Shown here: one piece after another, positions 1 through 11,092 of the stretch
How the letters are laid out: every line of letters begins with the position of its first letter
Position numbering within the stretch: position 1 is the stretch's first letter
From: Nemertoderma westbladi
Lineage: Eukaryota; Animalia; Xenacoelomorpha
Assembly (NCBI GenBank): GCA_032718475.1
Contig: JAUCBJ010006358.1
Location: forward strand, 1 to 53,479
DNA: 53,479 nt
Direction of reading: 5' to 3'
The notes under the pieces: model-generated
What the model was told of the DNA's origin: nothing
What the model saw: the letters and a program-made list of their open reading frames with translations, nothing else
Databases searched by the model: none
Made by a program: the position numbers and the translations under genes

Positions 1-2
1 GC

Positions 3-3000
3 AATCTCCGATCGTGGGAGCATGGCTACAGGTTTCTTCAGTAGGAAGTGCGCGGGTGTTAGCGCTTCCAGGGAATCGGGACTCGATGAGACTGGCATAA
101 GCGGTCTCTCGTTGAGATAGGCAGCGATTTCCTCCATTAACGTCCGCAAAAGTTCGTCGGTGAGATACGCGCGGCATGGCACTATAAAGTGAAATGCGGT
201 TTTGACACTTCGAATTAATCTCTCCCAACTTCCTCCCCACCAAGGGGCGTCGGCGGCGTTGAAGGTCCAGCTAGACGCTGTTATCCTTAGCTGGTCGTCC
301 ACCTGTCTTTGGTTCCAGTCCTTCACGTAAGCCTGTATCTCGTTGTTGGCACCTATGAAGTTCGTTCCTTTATCCGATCTCATGGTATTACTCGTCCCGA
401 AGCGAGCGATCTGTCGTCGTAAACTTAAGACGAAGCTGTTGGTAGATAGATCATTCACCATATCGAGATGGATGGCTCTACAAGTCATGCACACGAAGAT
501 GACACACCATCTCTTGACTATAGTCCTCGCACGATATACTTCAATAGGGCCAAATAAATCTACACCAGTATTAGTAAAAGGTGGTTCATAGAAGCTTACT
601 CGTTCCCTAGGTAATTCTGCCTCTCGCTGTGTTAAAGGCCTACTGAATGCTTTCCTACAGGGTATGCAGTTCCTAAGAACTTGGTTCAGAGCTCTACGGG
701 GTTTATCAAAATAATAGCGAGTTCGAATTTCGCTAAGAATTCGTTCTCTACCAGCATGGTAAAGTTTACTGTGAACGTCTACAATCATCTTGATTTGTAC
801 TTCAAGATTTCTAATAAGTATGGGGAATTTGGTGTCAAAGGATAAGGGCGCGTTGGTGAGTCTTCCTCCAACACGTATTAACCCATCTATCATTGTGCTC
901 GAGAATCGATCCCTTAAGCGCATCTGCGGATTTCTCAACAACAGGAAGTACTTTTCGGAATCCTCATAGCATTGCAGGAGTCTCAGTATCTGCTTATTTG
1001 TTTCTTCATGCTCCTGGTGACTAATTTTCTCTTTTAGAAAACGATCAGATATCTTATATTTGGGTAAATTCTTAATAACATGAACTTGTGCAGATGTCAA
1101 TGGAGCGTGATCACTAGTGGTCTTCGTCCTGGAGTAGTGATGATGAAAACATCGTCTTAAATATGTGACGGCTTTACAGAGCCGATTCCAGGAACTGTAA
1201 TGATGCATTGCTCTCTGCAGCATGGGTGAGATTCCTTGCGAGACGTCTGGTATTCCAGATTTCCAATCTTTATCTCTAATTTCCACAACAGACTTATTTG
1301 TGTTGAGGGATTGTGGATCCGAAGCATCATTCCCGGAAGTATGTAATACAGATAGATCGATAGTCGGTTTAAATAACTTCGATTTACTCGCCCGGGTTTT
1401 AGGTTTGACGGTCTCCGCTCCCTTGGCTTGTCTAATCTCTGCCGTAGTAAGGTGAGGAGGCCATTCATCCTCTTCCTTGCTCAGGAAGTCGGGTCCACCC
1501 AACCAATCTGGAGTATCTATCAGTTCCTGTGGAGTTGCTCCCCTGGAGGCGATGTCGGCTGGATTAATCGTACCAGGGCAATGTCTCCATTGATCTATCT
1601 TTGTGCGACTAAGAATAATAGCTACTCGGTTAGTAACAAAAACGCTAAACTGACAGACTTCATTGGTGAGATACTCCAACACGAGTAAAGCGTCGGTCCA
1701 ATAAACCGTTTTCTCCAGTGGGTAGTCGATTTGTTCCGTTACGTTCCGGCCGATGGCTGTAGCGTATAAAGCCGCCTTTAACTCCGCTCGAGGAACCTTT
1801 AACTTGTTGTTAATCAATGCCTTAGAGGTAACCAAGGCGACTTTGATTCCATCCGGAGTTTCGACTCGCAGATATGCTACTATACCTATTCCCATGTCGC
1901 TGGCGTCTCCAAACACATGGAGTTGATAGGAATACGTAGGAAGAACATGGCCAAAATATGCACGGGAAATTATAAAGTTCTCGATGGCAGGTAGAGAATC
2001 TTCCCATTTCATCCATTTCTTTAACAATTCCCCTTTAAGCGGATCGTCCCATGAGTGGTTTTCAAGCCACATTTGTTGTACTAAACTCCGAGCAATCAAT
2101 ATAACTGGGCTAATAAATCCCAATGGGTCGAAATAAGTGCTCAGGATACTTAAACAAATCCGTTTGGTCCGAACTGGATTATCTCGCTGTTTTAACTGAA
2201 AAAACAGGATGTCTCTTTCAGTGTCCCACTTCAAGCCTAGCGTCTTGGTTTCAGGAAGATCGTCCTTTATTAAGTCTAGGTCTTTCGCTCCGCGATCTTC
2301 TACCGGTATGGCTTCCAGAAACTCACGGGAGTTGCTAGTGAATTTCGTCAGTCGAAATCCACCTCTTTTCAAACACTCTACCGTTCCTTTCGCGACAGCT
2401 ATGGCTTCTTCTACTGATGGAAGGGACCTTAAATTGTCGTCCATGTATATATTGCGTTTTATGTTGTCTATCACTTCTTTGGAGAAGGAGTCTCGGTTGT
2501 CATTCGCAGTGGTTCGCACCACGGAGCAGGCGTTGGAAGGGCTTGATATGATCCCAAAAGCCTGGATGGTCATCCAGTACTCTACCGGTTTCTGGTTGAG
2601 GTCTCCTTCAGGCCACCACAGAAATCTCAGGCTATCTCTATCTCTATCCAGCGCCTTGACTTGTAAGAACATTCCTTCTATATCAGAGGCGAACGCGATG
2701 GAATATTGTCTTAATCTTAATAGTATTCCCAACAAAGATTGGAGTAAGTTGGGTCCTGGTAACAACTCGGAATTGAGGGATTGGCCCATATATAGAGCAG
2801 AGCCATCAAATACGACTCGTACTTCATGGGGTTTACCGGGTTTGGGAACGTAATGATGTGTTAAATAATACGTTCTCTCAGTCACTGGTGTTCCTTCCGG
2901 TACTCGCTCCGCGTATCCCTTTGTTATAAATTTCTTCAGCTGAGTTTGGTACATTTCTTTCGCTGAAGCATTAGCTGTAAGGCGTCGATATAATTGAGCG

Positions 3001-6000
3001 ATTCTTTTCTCTGCCAAGGGTCTGTTATTTATAAATCTAGGTTCTCGTTTTCGAAATGGTAGGCCGATTTCATACCTACCTTGGTCCTTTAAAAAACGTG
3101 TAGTTGTTTCCTGGATTTGCTTGGCTCTTTCTTCTTCTATCGATAGAGCCTTATCATATGAATTGGGCTCTACCAGTTCCTGAGTAAAGAATCGTACAGC
3201 TAGTTCGTCCCGAGTTCTAGCGTTGTAGCGCTCTATCTCATCGTTTAGTTCGTCATTGTAAGCGATGGGTTCCGATGGGTGAATCAGTTGACATAGGTTC
3301 ACCTGACTTTTCCAAGTTTGGTTTTCTGTAAGTAGGTCGATTGTGTTCTCTTCATCGAAGAGTTGGTAGATGTCGTCATTATCTGAGGAGTATGGTGTTC
3401 CCTCAGTTAGTTCGTCCACCTCACTGCTCTCCACTTCCCAATCGTGTACTTGGTATGTTTGTTCTTGTGGCATTCTCTCTTCGAGAGTCCTGCGGGAAGG
3501 GCCAGTAAAGTACCAACCTACTCTAGTTCTTACCGCATAGGTTTGCAGTGGCTGCGGTTGAGCAGGCCGTTTCTCTAATGTTTCGAGCGCCTCATGCGCG
3601 TTCTGGCCGATGAGTATTTGCACTCCAGGATAATCTGTCTGGAATCGAGGTATCTTAAGATGTTGGATGCTCTCATCCTCGTCCCAATTATAAAGGTCTG
3701 CTTGAGTAGTAGCGAAGTTCTTTATAGCCACCATTTTTACCGACCTTATACCTTGTGCTCCTAACTTATCCTGGGGGGTGGACAACACACCTACATAGTA
3801 ATCTGCCGTTAAGGTAGATTTCCAAACCTGCATAATTCCTGACATATTCAATTTAGTCCGGAATTTGGGTTGTCCAGCAAAGATATCTTCGGCTAATTCT
3901 TGATCGATGAATGTTCCTGTGCTGCCGGAGTCAAGGAGGGCGTTCACTATGTAACTTTTGTTAAGACCGTGAACTCTTACCTGCACTACAGGAAATTCTC
4001 TGATTCCTACGTTGGAAGTTGGAGCTTTCCAAGATGGTTGTTTGGCAAAAGTAGTTGGGGGAAACTCATTGTTGGTGTCCTTTTCATAAGTAAGTGCTCG
4101 ATACACTGCGGTATTGATTAGATAACAGGATTCGTTGGCGTCGGAGAATTCGTCAGTATAGAATCCTTCCATCTCAGACTCCTGATCAGTGTCATTTACA
4201 TCACTGAATTGGACATGTAGTTCGGGCTCACTTACCTGACTCTGTTTGTCTCGTTCGAACTCACTGTGTAACAAGATGTGATGTTTCGCGCCACACTTTG
4301 CACACTTTATGTCGGAGTAACAGGTTCGCCGTTGGTGTCCTGGTCTGAGGCAATTATAGCATAACCGCTTGTCCCACACAACTGCTCGTCTGTCTACAAG
4401 GGATTTCTTTAGAAATTCAGCACACGCACTCAAACGGTGGGTCCCGTCGCACAGCGCACAGTTAGGTTTTATGTTACTCACTTTACCTTGGGTAACTTGA
4501 TGCACTCTCGTCCTTTGTTCGGGCTTTCTTACGTGCATTCTGTTAGGGGACTGAGGAGGGGTCTTGGCAACCTGTTCTCTCCTATCGTTGGTTCGAGACT
4601 TGTATTTACTTACGTCTTTTGGGGTTTTGCTAACGTAGTAAGATCGGTCAGTGTCTTTTCCGCTGTCCTCTTCTTGAGAAACTTGGCTTTCGCCGTCGTC
4701 AGTGTAACACACCGGTGTTATTCTTCTCCTAGAAGCGGGTTTCTCACTTACCTTATTTTCCGATGTTTTCTCTCTGGACTGCTTGATGAGTTGTAGTTTT
4801 ACCTCACCATCCAAGAAGGACATGAGATCAGCCATGGTAGGACTTCGTCGTTGTTGTTCATTCATGTACAACACTTTCTTGTCCCAGCGTGTACATACTC
4901 CACCCTTTGGTAAAGTAGAGACTACGGCTCCAATAACCATGGAACTCTGATATTCATGAGACTTACCTAACCAATCCAATTGTCTACAGATCTCTTGAAT
5001 CTCATCGGAAAACTCTATAATCCCGCTACTAAGGAAGTGTCGGGGGGCTACTAATTTTGCATACAAATACTTAGCTATGTTATCCTTGTTACCATACCTG
5101 ATGTTTAATGTATCCCATACTTGTCTTAATCCTTCTGGATGTCCAATAAACTTTAACGCCATTAACTTGGGAGGTCCTTCCAAGCACTTGATGAGGAACC
5201 GAAGTTTCTCTCCGTTAGATAGCACAGAGTTCTGTATGCTGTCTTTGTAATATTCGTTGAAAGGTAACCACTTCATCTCATCCCCATTGAATTTGACGAT
5301 CTCTCCCACTTTGACCGCTTGGCGGGCTTCTGTTCTAGCCATCTGACGCGTAAAGCTTTCTTGGGCCATCGTGTTATTTAATATCGAATTATCGGTATAT
5401 AAATTTCTCGGATCATTATCAGGTCTATAGGGAATATCATTAATAACAGGTCTATAATCACCCTTAATAGGGTTTGCTATAGGAGTTTCTACTTCACTAG
5501 CAGTATAGATGCGTGTAGGCTCTACACCTTGCGCATGTAATACTTCAGACCTAACAGGTTGACACAATGTTACAGGGGGTATTGGTATTCCCTTTTGAAT
5601 ATTGACTAATTTGTCGCGTTCTAGCGCGATACTTTGCTGCACTTCTTGCAATTCGGCCCTACTTTCCCTTACTGTTCCCTTAAGTTGATGGACAGTCTCC
5701 TGCATCTGTCCGAGCAGGAGATTCATCCCCCGCCGTCCCTCCTCTACCCACTCGACCGCCGAAGCGGGAGTCGCCAACATAGTAGCGGGCTGACGCGGGA
5801 CGACGGGAGACAAATCTTTGATTTCTCTCTCAGCTTCCAGGACAGGGATATTCTCATGGACTGTTCTACCGGGTACAGGCAGTGTAGTACTGTGTAAAGG
5901 GAATTTAGAGTGAAGCTCTGGAAGTACAGGGGTCTCTAACACAGAAGTGACTTTGGGAACGACAGGCCTAATTATTTCAGGCTCATCAACTATTGTAGGG

Positions 6001-7604
6001 AGTCTTTTGACCTGAACAGTTTGGTCTATGGGTTCCGTACTACCTAAGTCTGTGCTAGCTAGCTGTCTTTTAACAGCTGGGGGCAAATCAGGCAATTTGT
6101 GACGGTGAGATGTTTTTCTACGCCTGCTTAGACGAGATCTATTTCCTCCGCCTTCAGGATCGGTGGTTTCGCTTTCCTCCGATGATGTGTATCCCTGGCG
6201 TTTGGGAGTAGATCGTCTCATCATCTGCATTTGACTAGCAGTTAACTGTTTATTTATGTTGTCTTGCGTCTCTTGCAGATTTTCCAACTCCAGTTGGGTA
6301 GTCTGCTCAGACGCTCTCCGTTCTGCTTCTGCCACTGCCCTTTCCGCCTTTGCTGCTATTCTTTCTGCTTCTACTTCTACCGCCGCTGCTTTTCTTTCTG
6401 CTTCTGCTTCTGCCGTAGCCGCCGCCTTTTGTTCCTCTATCCGTCTTTTCTTTACCTTTTCTTCTTGGACTCTAGCGAGGCGGAGTTTTTCATCAAATTC
6501 TGCTTGGTTAGCAGCTAACATTTCAGCATCGATTGAATCTAACACACGCTGGGTTCCTTCACTATTGGGGGAAAGTCCAGACAGCCGTCTCCTCAATTCT
6601 TCGTCTCCTAGGAATCGCTGATAGTCGGACAGATAAATGTCTATGGCGTCTCTCGTTCGTGGTTTCTCTGAGGTCTCTTCGCCTTCCACCTGAGAAAGGG
6701 TGGCATCGGTTGGTTCTTCATAAGTTAGTCTCTCAGACAGCTGGGATTTCCACTGGTCTGTTTCTTGTACTTGGAGACCTACCCGCTGGAACCAAGTTTT
6801 GACAGCAACCTGCAGTGACGTGTCCTGTCTTCTTTTGGAAGTTTCCTCAAAAGCTGATAGGATTAGTCGAATGCGTAGGGTTCTTTCGCGTACTTGATAT
6901 AGCAGTTCTTCCTGCTCTTGAGGTCCTTGGGGTTGTCGAAACAGTTGTTCTTCTAATTTCTCTAAGGAGCCGAAGAATCCCTGCACATATCCTGCTGCCG
7001 ACCTCTTCCAAACAGCTGGATCCATCGTATCTTTAGCCACTCCCATCCTGTGTATATCTTCCCAAGTAGCCTCGGACAGATCTAACGGGAGTCCGGGTCC
7101 GGGAAAGTTCCATTGTGACTCGACAATAGACATCAATTCTTCCCTGGCGTATCCCGCATAATTATCTTGGGTCGCTCGCTTATTTCTCGCCCAATCTGCT
7201 TGATGTTCCTCCACCGCAATCAATATAGTTGTTAGCACTGCGGCAGGAAGGGTGAGAAGGGGGTCCGAGTAGGCTTTAGCCGTCATCTGCAATCCGCGTT
7301 CGGGGGTCAGTTCGACAGTATCCGAACTACTGGAGCTATCTGATCGCTGGGAACAAGTTTCTTGACTAGGCTGTTGCTGCTGTGGGACAGCTGCTTCCTG
7401 GTTCCGTTTGACTTGGGCCCGAGTGCCGATGATAGACCTACGGTGTTGGATTAGCTTAGGGTCTGATACTACTACTGGAGGGATGACCTTTCTTTCAGTA
7501 GGAGGTGAGCTGAACTCCTTTCTTAATCGCTCCACACTCCTATCTGTGTCACAGATGGTTGTATCGATTAGACTGTCTGACAGGTTTTGCTGAGTGTCAG
7601 ACAT
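3..7604 (-). CDS. Bel/Pao Gag-Pol polyprotein (>2500 aa, open at the window edge)
   Basis: ATG at 7604 (MSDTQQNLSDS). Zinc knuckles CALCDGTH/CYNCLRPGH/CAKCGAKHH ~4460-4270; protease ALLDSGSTGTF ~3940; RT YMDD ~2440; RNaseH LHVFGDAS ~1900; integrase GVDLFGP, SDKGTNFIGA, PWWGGSWERLIRSVK and LTPAHFL. Start codon and LTPAHFL are in the same frame. Absent from the ORF track, consistent with no stop inside the window; I did not check every codon. Confidence 0.9.
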   Translation of the reverse strand, partial: MSDTQQNLSDSLIDTTICDTDRSVERLRKEFSSPPTERKVIPPVVVSDPKLIQHRRSIIGTRAQVKRNQEAAVPQQQQPSQETCSQRSDSSSSSDTVELTPERGLQMTAKAYSDPLLTLPAAVLTTILIAVEEHQADWARNKRATQDNYAGYAREELMSIVESQWNFPGPGLPLDLSEATWEDIHRMGVAKDTMDPAVWKRSAAGYVQGFFGSLEKLEEQLFRQPQGPQEQEELLYQVRERTLRIRLILSAFEETSKRRQDTSLQVAVKTWFQRVGLQVQETDQWKSQLSERLTYEEPTDATLSQVEGEETSEKPRTRDAIDIYLSDYQRFLGDEELRRRLSGLSPNSEGTQRVLDSIDAEMLAANQAEFDEKLRLARVQEEKVKKRRIEEQKAAATAEAEAERKAAAVEVEAERIAAKAERAVAEAERRASEQTTQLELENLQETQDNINKQLTASQMQMMRRSTPKRQGYTSSEESETTDPEGGGNRSRLSRRRKTSHRHKLPDLPPAVKRQLASTDLGSTEPIDQTVQVKRLPTIVDEPEIIRPVVPKVTSVLETPVLPELHSKFPLHSTTLPVPGRTVHENIPVLEAEREIKDLSPVVPRQPATMLATPASAVEWVEEGRRGMNLLLGQMQETVHQLKGTVRESRAELQEVQQSIALERDKLVNIQKGIPIPPVTLCQPVRSEVLHAQGVEPTRIYTASEVETPIANPIKGDYRPVINDIPYRPDNDPRNLYTDNSILNNTMAQESFTRQMARTEARQAVKVGEIVKFNGDEMKWLPFNEYYKDSIQNSVLSNGEKLRFLIKCLEGPPKLMALKFIGHPEGLRQVWDTLNIRYGNKDNIAKYLYAKLVAPRHFLSSGIIEFSDEIQEICRQLDWLGKSHEYQSSMVIGAVVSTLPKGGVCTRWDKKVLYMNEQQRRSPTMADLMSFLDGEVKLQLIKQSREKTSENKVSEKPASRRRITPVCYTDDGESQVSQEEDSGKDTDRSYYVSKTPKDVSKYKSRTNDRREQVAKTPPQSPNRMHVRKPEQRTRVHQVTQGKVSNIKPNCALCDGTHRLSACAEFLKKSLVDRRAVVWDKRLCYNCLRPGHQRRTCYSDIKCAKCGAKHHILLHSEFERDKQSQVSEPELHVQFSDVNDTDQESEMEGFYTDEFSDANESCYLINTAVYRALTYEKDTNNEFPPTTFAKQPSWKAPTSNVGIREFPVVQVRVHGLNKSYIVNALLDSGSTGTFIDQELAEDIFAGQPKFRTKLNMSGIMQVWKSTLTADYYVGVLSTPQDKLGAQGIRSVKMVAIKNFATTQADLYNWDEDESIQHLKIPRFQTDYPGVQILIGQNAHEALETLEKRPAQPQPLQTYAVRTRVGWYFTGPSRRTLEERMPQEQTYQVHDWEVESSEVDELTEGTPYSSDNDDIYQLFDEENTIDLLTENQTWKSQVNLCQLIHPSEPIAYNDELNDEIERYNARTRDELAVRFFTQELVEPNSYDKALSIEEERAKQIQETTTRFLKDQGRYEIGLPFRKREPRFINNRPLAEKRIAQLYRRLTANASAKEMYQTQLKKFITKGYAERVPEGTPVTERTYYLTHHYVPKPGKPHEVRVVFDGSALYMGQSLNSELLPGPNLLQSLLGILLRLRQYSIAFASDIEGMFLQVKALDRDRDSLRFLWWPEGDLNQKPVEYWMTIQAFGIISSPSNACSVVRTTANDNRDSFSKEVIDNIKRNIYMDDNLRSLPSVEEAIAVAKGTVECLKRGGFRLTKFTSNSREFLEAIPVEDRGAKDLDLIKDDLPETKTLGLKWDTERDILFFQLKQRDNPVRTKRICLSILSTYFDPLGFISPVILIARSLVQQMWLENHSWDDPLKGELLKKWMKWEDSLPAIENFIISRAYFGHVLPTYSYQLHVFGDASDMGIGIVAYLRVETPDGIKVALVTSKALINNKLKVPRAELKAALYATAIGRNVTEQIDYPLEKTVYWTDALLVLEYLTNEVCQFSVFVTNRVAIILSRTKIDQWRHCPGTINPADIASRGATPQELIDTPDWLGGPDFLSKEEDEWPPHLTTAEIRQAKGAETVKPKTRASKSKLFKPTIDLSVLHTSGNDASDPQSLNTNKSVVEIRDKDWKSGIPDVSQGISPMLQRAMHHYSSWNRLCKAVTYLRRCFHHHYSRTKTTSDHAPLTSAQVHVIKNLPKYKISDRFLKEKISHQEHEETNKQILRLLQCYEDSEKYFLLLRNPQMRLRDRFSSTMIDGLIRVGGRLTNAPLSFDTKFPILIRNLEVQIKMIVDVHSKLYHAGRERILSEIRTRYYFDKPRRALNQVLRNCIPCRKAFSRPLTQREAELPRERVSFYEPPFTNTGVDLFGPIEVYRARTIVKRWCVIFVCMTCRAIHLDMVNDLSTNSFVLSLRRQIARFGTSNTMRSDKGTNFIGANNEIQAYVKDWNQRQVDDQLRITASSWTFNAADAPWWGGSWERLIRSVKTAFHFIVPCRAYLTDELLRTLMEEIAAYLNERPLMPVSSSPDSLEALTPAHFLLKKPVAMLPRSEI

Positions 7605-8929
7605 GTTTAGCTATACAGTTGAATGCTTACTGCTATAGTTACAGTTAAAGCAAGTCTAGTAATTCAGTATGACCGTTGGCCTAGTACCAGTAATTTATTG
7701 CAGTATATTAGAATACCGGTATGCACTTATAATATATATAAGTATTGTAAACTAGTTTTGTCACAGAGTACCGGTATATAAATTTAGCACAAATATATAT
7801 AAATATATAATAGGCCTATCGTGAATACCAGTATACAGCTTACACTTATAGTATATATAAGTATAATTATGAACTAGAATTAATTACAGAATACCGGTAT
7901 GATTTCAGCTCAAATTTATAGAAATAAATATAATAAGCCTATGGTAAATACCGGTGTGTCAATTATTTTAGAATAATTGATTTTCTGAATATTTTAGGGT
8001 TACTTGGTTACTTTAACTTACTTTGTTACCGTTATTTAAGCAGTAGTCCAACTGATTTTGAGACCTAGTTGTTGTATGGCAGGCCTACTATTTATAAATC
8101 GTTTGAGTTGATTTATAATAGATATATACCCGTTTAAAATATTCGAAATAAATGCTATTATTTCTGGGGGAAGTCACTACACAGAAGCTGTGCGCTCTCA
8201 GTGAAGTGCTACCTATTTGACACTAAAACAGATAATTCTAATTTACCTAAGTTACTTAATACTACAAATTACTTACGATACGGGTGAGATTAATTCTCTA
8301 ATTAAACACAACAAAAATATTACGTACGAATTTTTAGGGTAATTTTACAGGAAGTCTACAAACCAGTCTAACAAAGGGTTAGAATTCGGTTTATTTACAA
8401 CGGACAGGGTACTACGGCATTTGAAATAATAAGTAGTAGTAAATATATTGTACTGTCCAGATAGGAAAAATACCACCGCCTGACGACCTATAACCGTATC
8501 GCTATAGGTACTACGTTATGTATCACGGAGTGTTCCTACCTAGAAGTTAATTACCGCGGACTACCAGATCCAGCGTGCCTATTAACCACTTTACAACACA
8601 AATATACTGCCTACACACTAATTACTTCGGAAAGCACTGTACACTAAACCCTAAATTAGGTACAAGTACTGGTACAACAAATAATCAGTAGTTAAATATA
8701 CTTGAACAGTTAAAAGAACCACGGCATCTGCTGGAGTGACCAGAGCACAAAGTCACCAGTCTTGTCCTACGCCAAGCAGCCCGTGTAGTACCGGGGTTAA
8801 TTTAACTATAACGGTATGTATAACAAACACAATTACTGTAGGAATAAACTTGGGGACATGAATGTTGCGAATAATCGCATAAACTCTGAATAATAAATAA
8901 TACGCTACCCGTACAGAATACTCAAACAA

Positions 8930-9475
8930 AATACAGACCAAACGCTGGCAGACTACCACCAAGCCTAAATAAACTACTGTATGTGCAGATTCCAAAACGG
9001 TTAGTTAGTATGCGTTCTAACACGGTAGTACGACTTATTCTTTAAGAGGGGATTGACCTTACAGCTATTGCTGCCCCAACTTACTAACTGGCACTTTATC
9101 AGACAAACTCTACACAAGCAGCAATCTCTTCAGACCTAATAATAGCTAGACAACAATCCAGCCTACAAAGTATCTGAGTAATAACTATTACGGTATCTGA
9201 ACAGACCACACAAACAAACACAGTCCAAAGCGCTGGCAGAATACTGTCAAGCCTAAATAAACTACAGTATGTGCAGATTCCAAAATTGTTAGTTAGTATG
9301 CGTTCTAACACGGTAGTACGACTTATTCTTTAAGAGGGGATTGACCTTACAGCGATGGCTGCCCCAACTTACTAACTGGCACTCTATCGGACAAACTCTA
9401 CACACGCCGTAATCTCTCCAAACCCAACAACAATCCGACAACAGTCTGGCCTACAATTATCTGAACAATCTGAGC
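8930..9475. repeat. ~288-bp tandem duplication in the element 1 leader
   Basis: The gcgttctaacacggtagtacgac block recurs at ~9012 and ~9300. Confidence 0.85.
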
Positions 9476-9635
9476 AGACTTACACGTCTTCAGCTCAATA
9501 TTAACTTACTAGGAAATAAAACTGACAGAAATAGACCTAAGTAAAATCTCAATAAAAACCAGGCGTCCCCGATTTAATATCGAGACCTACCGGTATACAA
9601 TAATCAAATCGAATAATACTAATGTACTTATACTG

Positions 9636-9765
9636 GAAGTACCGGTTAGGACAGTTGGGCCTACAGGCCTACAGAAGTACCGGTTCTGACAGTTGGACCT
9701 ACGGACCTACAGCAGTACCGGTTCTGGCAGTTGGGCCTACTGACCTACAGAAGTACCGGTTCAGG
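9636..9765. repeat. ~36-bp tandem repeat (3-4 copies) in the element 1 leader
   Basis: agtaccggtt...cagttgggcctac.gacctacag repeated. Confidence 0.8.
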
Positions 9766-9818
9766 TTTACCGGTTGACCGGTACTTTCAACTTTATTGCT
9801 TACTGCAATAAAGTCAAA

Positions 9819-9827
9819 GACTGTTAT
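9819..9827 (-). promoter_or_regulatory. Non-tRNA primer-binding site of element 1 (ATAACAGTC on -)
   Basis: Abuts the LTR end, lacks TGG, and is the exact complement of the LTR-internal site 10582-10590. Confidence 0.7.
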
Positions 9828-11092
9828 TGTACGCGCTTTTGAAGACCTTTAGCAGTTTAACCTGCCAAAATTTATATGTCTTTTGGTTTATCAATATACT
9901 TTAGAAGATGACAAATATTTAATACCAATAAACACAACATTAGCAGAAGCCAGCCTAGTGCGCGTCCATTCACCCGCTGGATATTCCCGGGAGACTGGAT
10001 TCTGAGGGCTTAAATTATTATTGCAGTGAAGCTTACTGTATTGTATTATTCGATTGATCGTTAATAATTAATTTCTGACTAATATTATTTACTTTCGGGA
10101 AATATTAACAGTTCCTTTAGGACGTGGCGCTCTATCTAAATAAACAGAGATATGACTTATACTAATCACAACGGTAAGTCGGTAAGGCTTAAGATTCACG
10201 TATGAGGCGCATTCTTTAGGAAATGCTTAGTTATCAATCACAATCATGCACACTACCGGTAACACACAATACTGCACACTAATTTGCCAACCGTCAATGA
10301 ATTTTATCATATATAAAGAGAACAGCAACGGACCAATGTAGTGCTTATCAAATAGCATTAAATTCACTACAAACCACAACAATATAAGTCGCAATCGCTA
10401 TATATAACCCGTCTCTCTAACCTGTAGTGTATCAAGAAAATTGGGAAATTTGGGTTCTTTATATATGTTCTCCAAATAATATTCAACCAAACACAACAGT
10501 AAATAGCAGTATAATAATGTATGTTGAACAGTAATAACAACAAAGTATTGAATTGTGAATGGATTGATTTGATTTGCATTGATAACAGTCATACGCTCTA
10601 TAATTTAAGCCTACTAATGTTTCTTCTAAAAGTATGAAACGAATTGACTCTAGAGCCGTTGTTCCTGGCCTAGACAGCAATAACAACAAAGTATCCAGAA
10701 AAAACAGTAAGACTGAACACTCTCCTTATGATCGACCGAAAAGCTACACGTCGACAGGAAAAATCGCTCTGATTGGCTCAAGCCAAACAAAGAACCATGC
10801 ATCCAATGGCTGTTTCCATGTCAGCAACCAGCTGTTAGATGTCGTAATATGAATCATCACGGCTAAGCTATGAAAGGTATTTGTCGCATTGCAGGTTTTT
10901 TGCCTTACCATGTCCGCTAAAACACGTATATAGCAGAATGACTTTTATGTCCGTTAAAACACCTGTAACGGTACCTTGCGGGCGAGGGGAATATATATAC
11001 AGTTAGAGAACCTTTTTAGAGTATTCCAGCGCCTGGGGGGAAACTGGATTGCGAAGCAAAAGGGCCAGTTATATCCCACAGAAGCTTTTACA
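9828..11092 (-). repeat. 5' LTR of element 1 (~1265 bp)
   Basis: TGT...ACA termini (tgtacgcgc...gcttttaca) align with the element 2 LTR termini (tgttcgcgc...gcttttaca). The partner LTR is outside the window. Confidence 0.85.

Larger units (their letters stand above)
1..11092 (-). mobile_element. Bel/Pao LTR retrotransposon (element 1), probably autonomous; 3' end lies outside the window
   Basis: Minus-strand gag-pol with domain order Gag-PR-RT-RNaseH-IN, a ~2.2-kb leader, then an LTR homologous to the paired LTRs of element 2. Confidence 0.93.

Noticed and set aside
343-7593. Numerous short plus-strand ORFs
   Set aside because: Antisense shadows of the gag-pol ORF.
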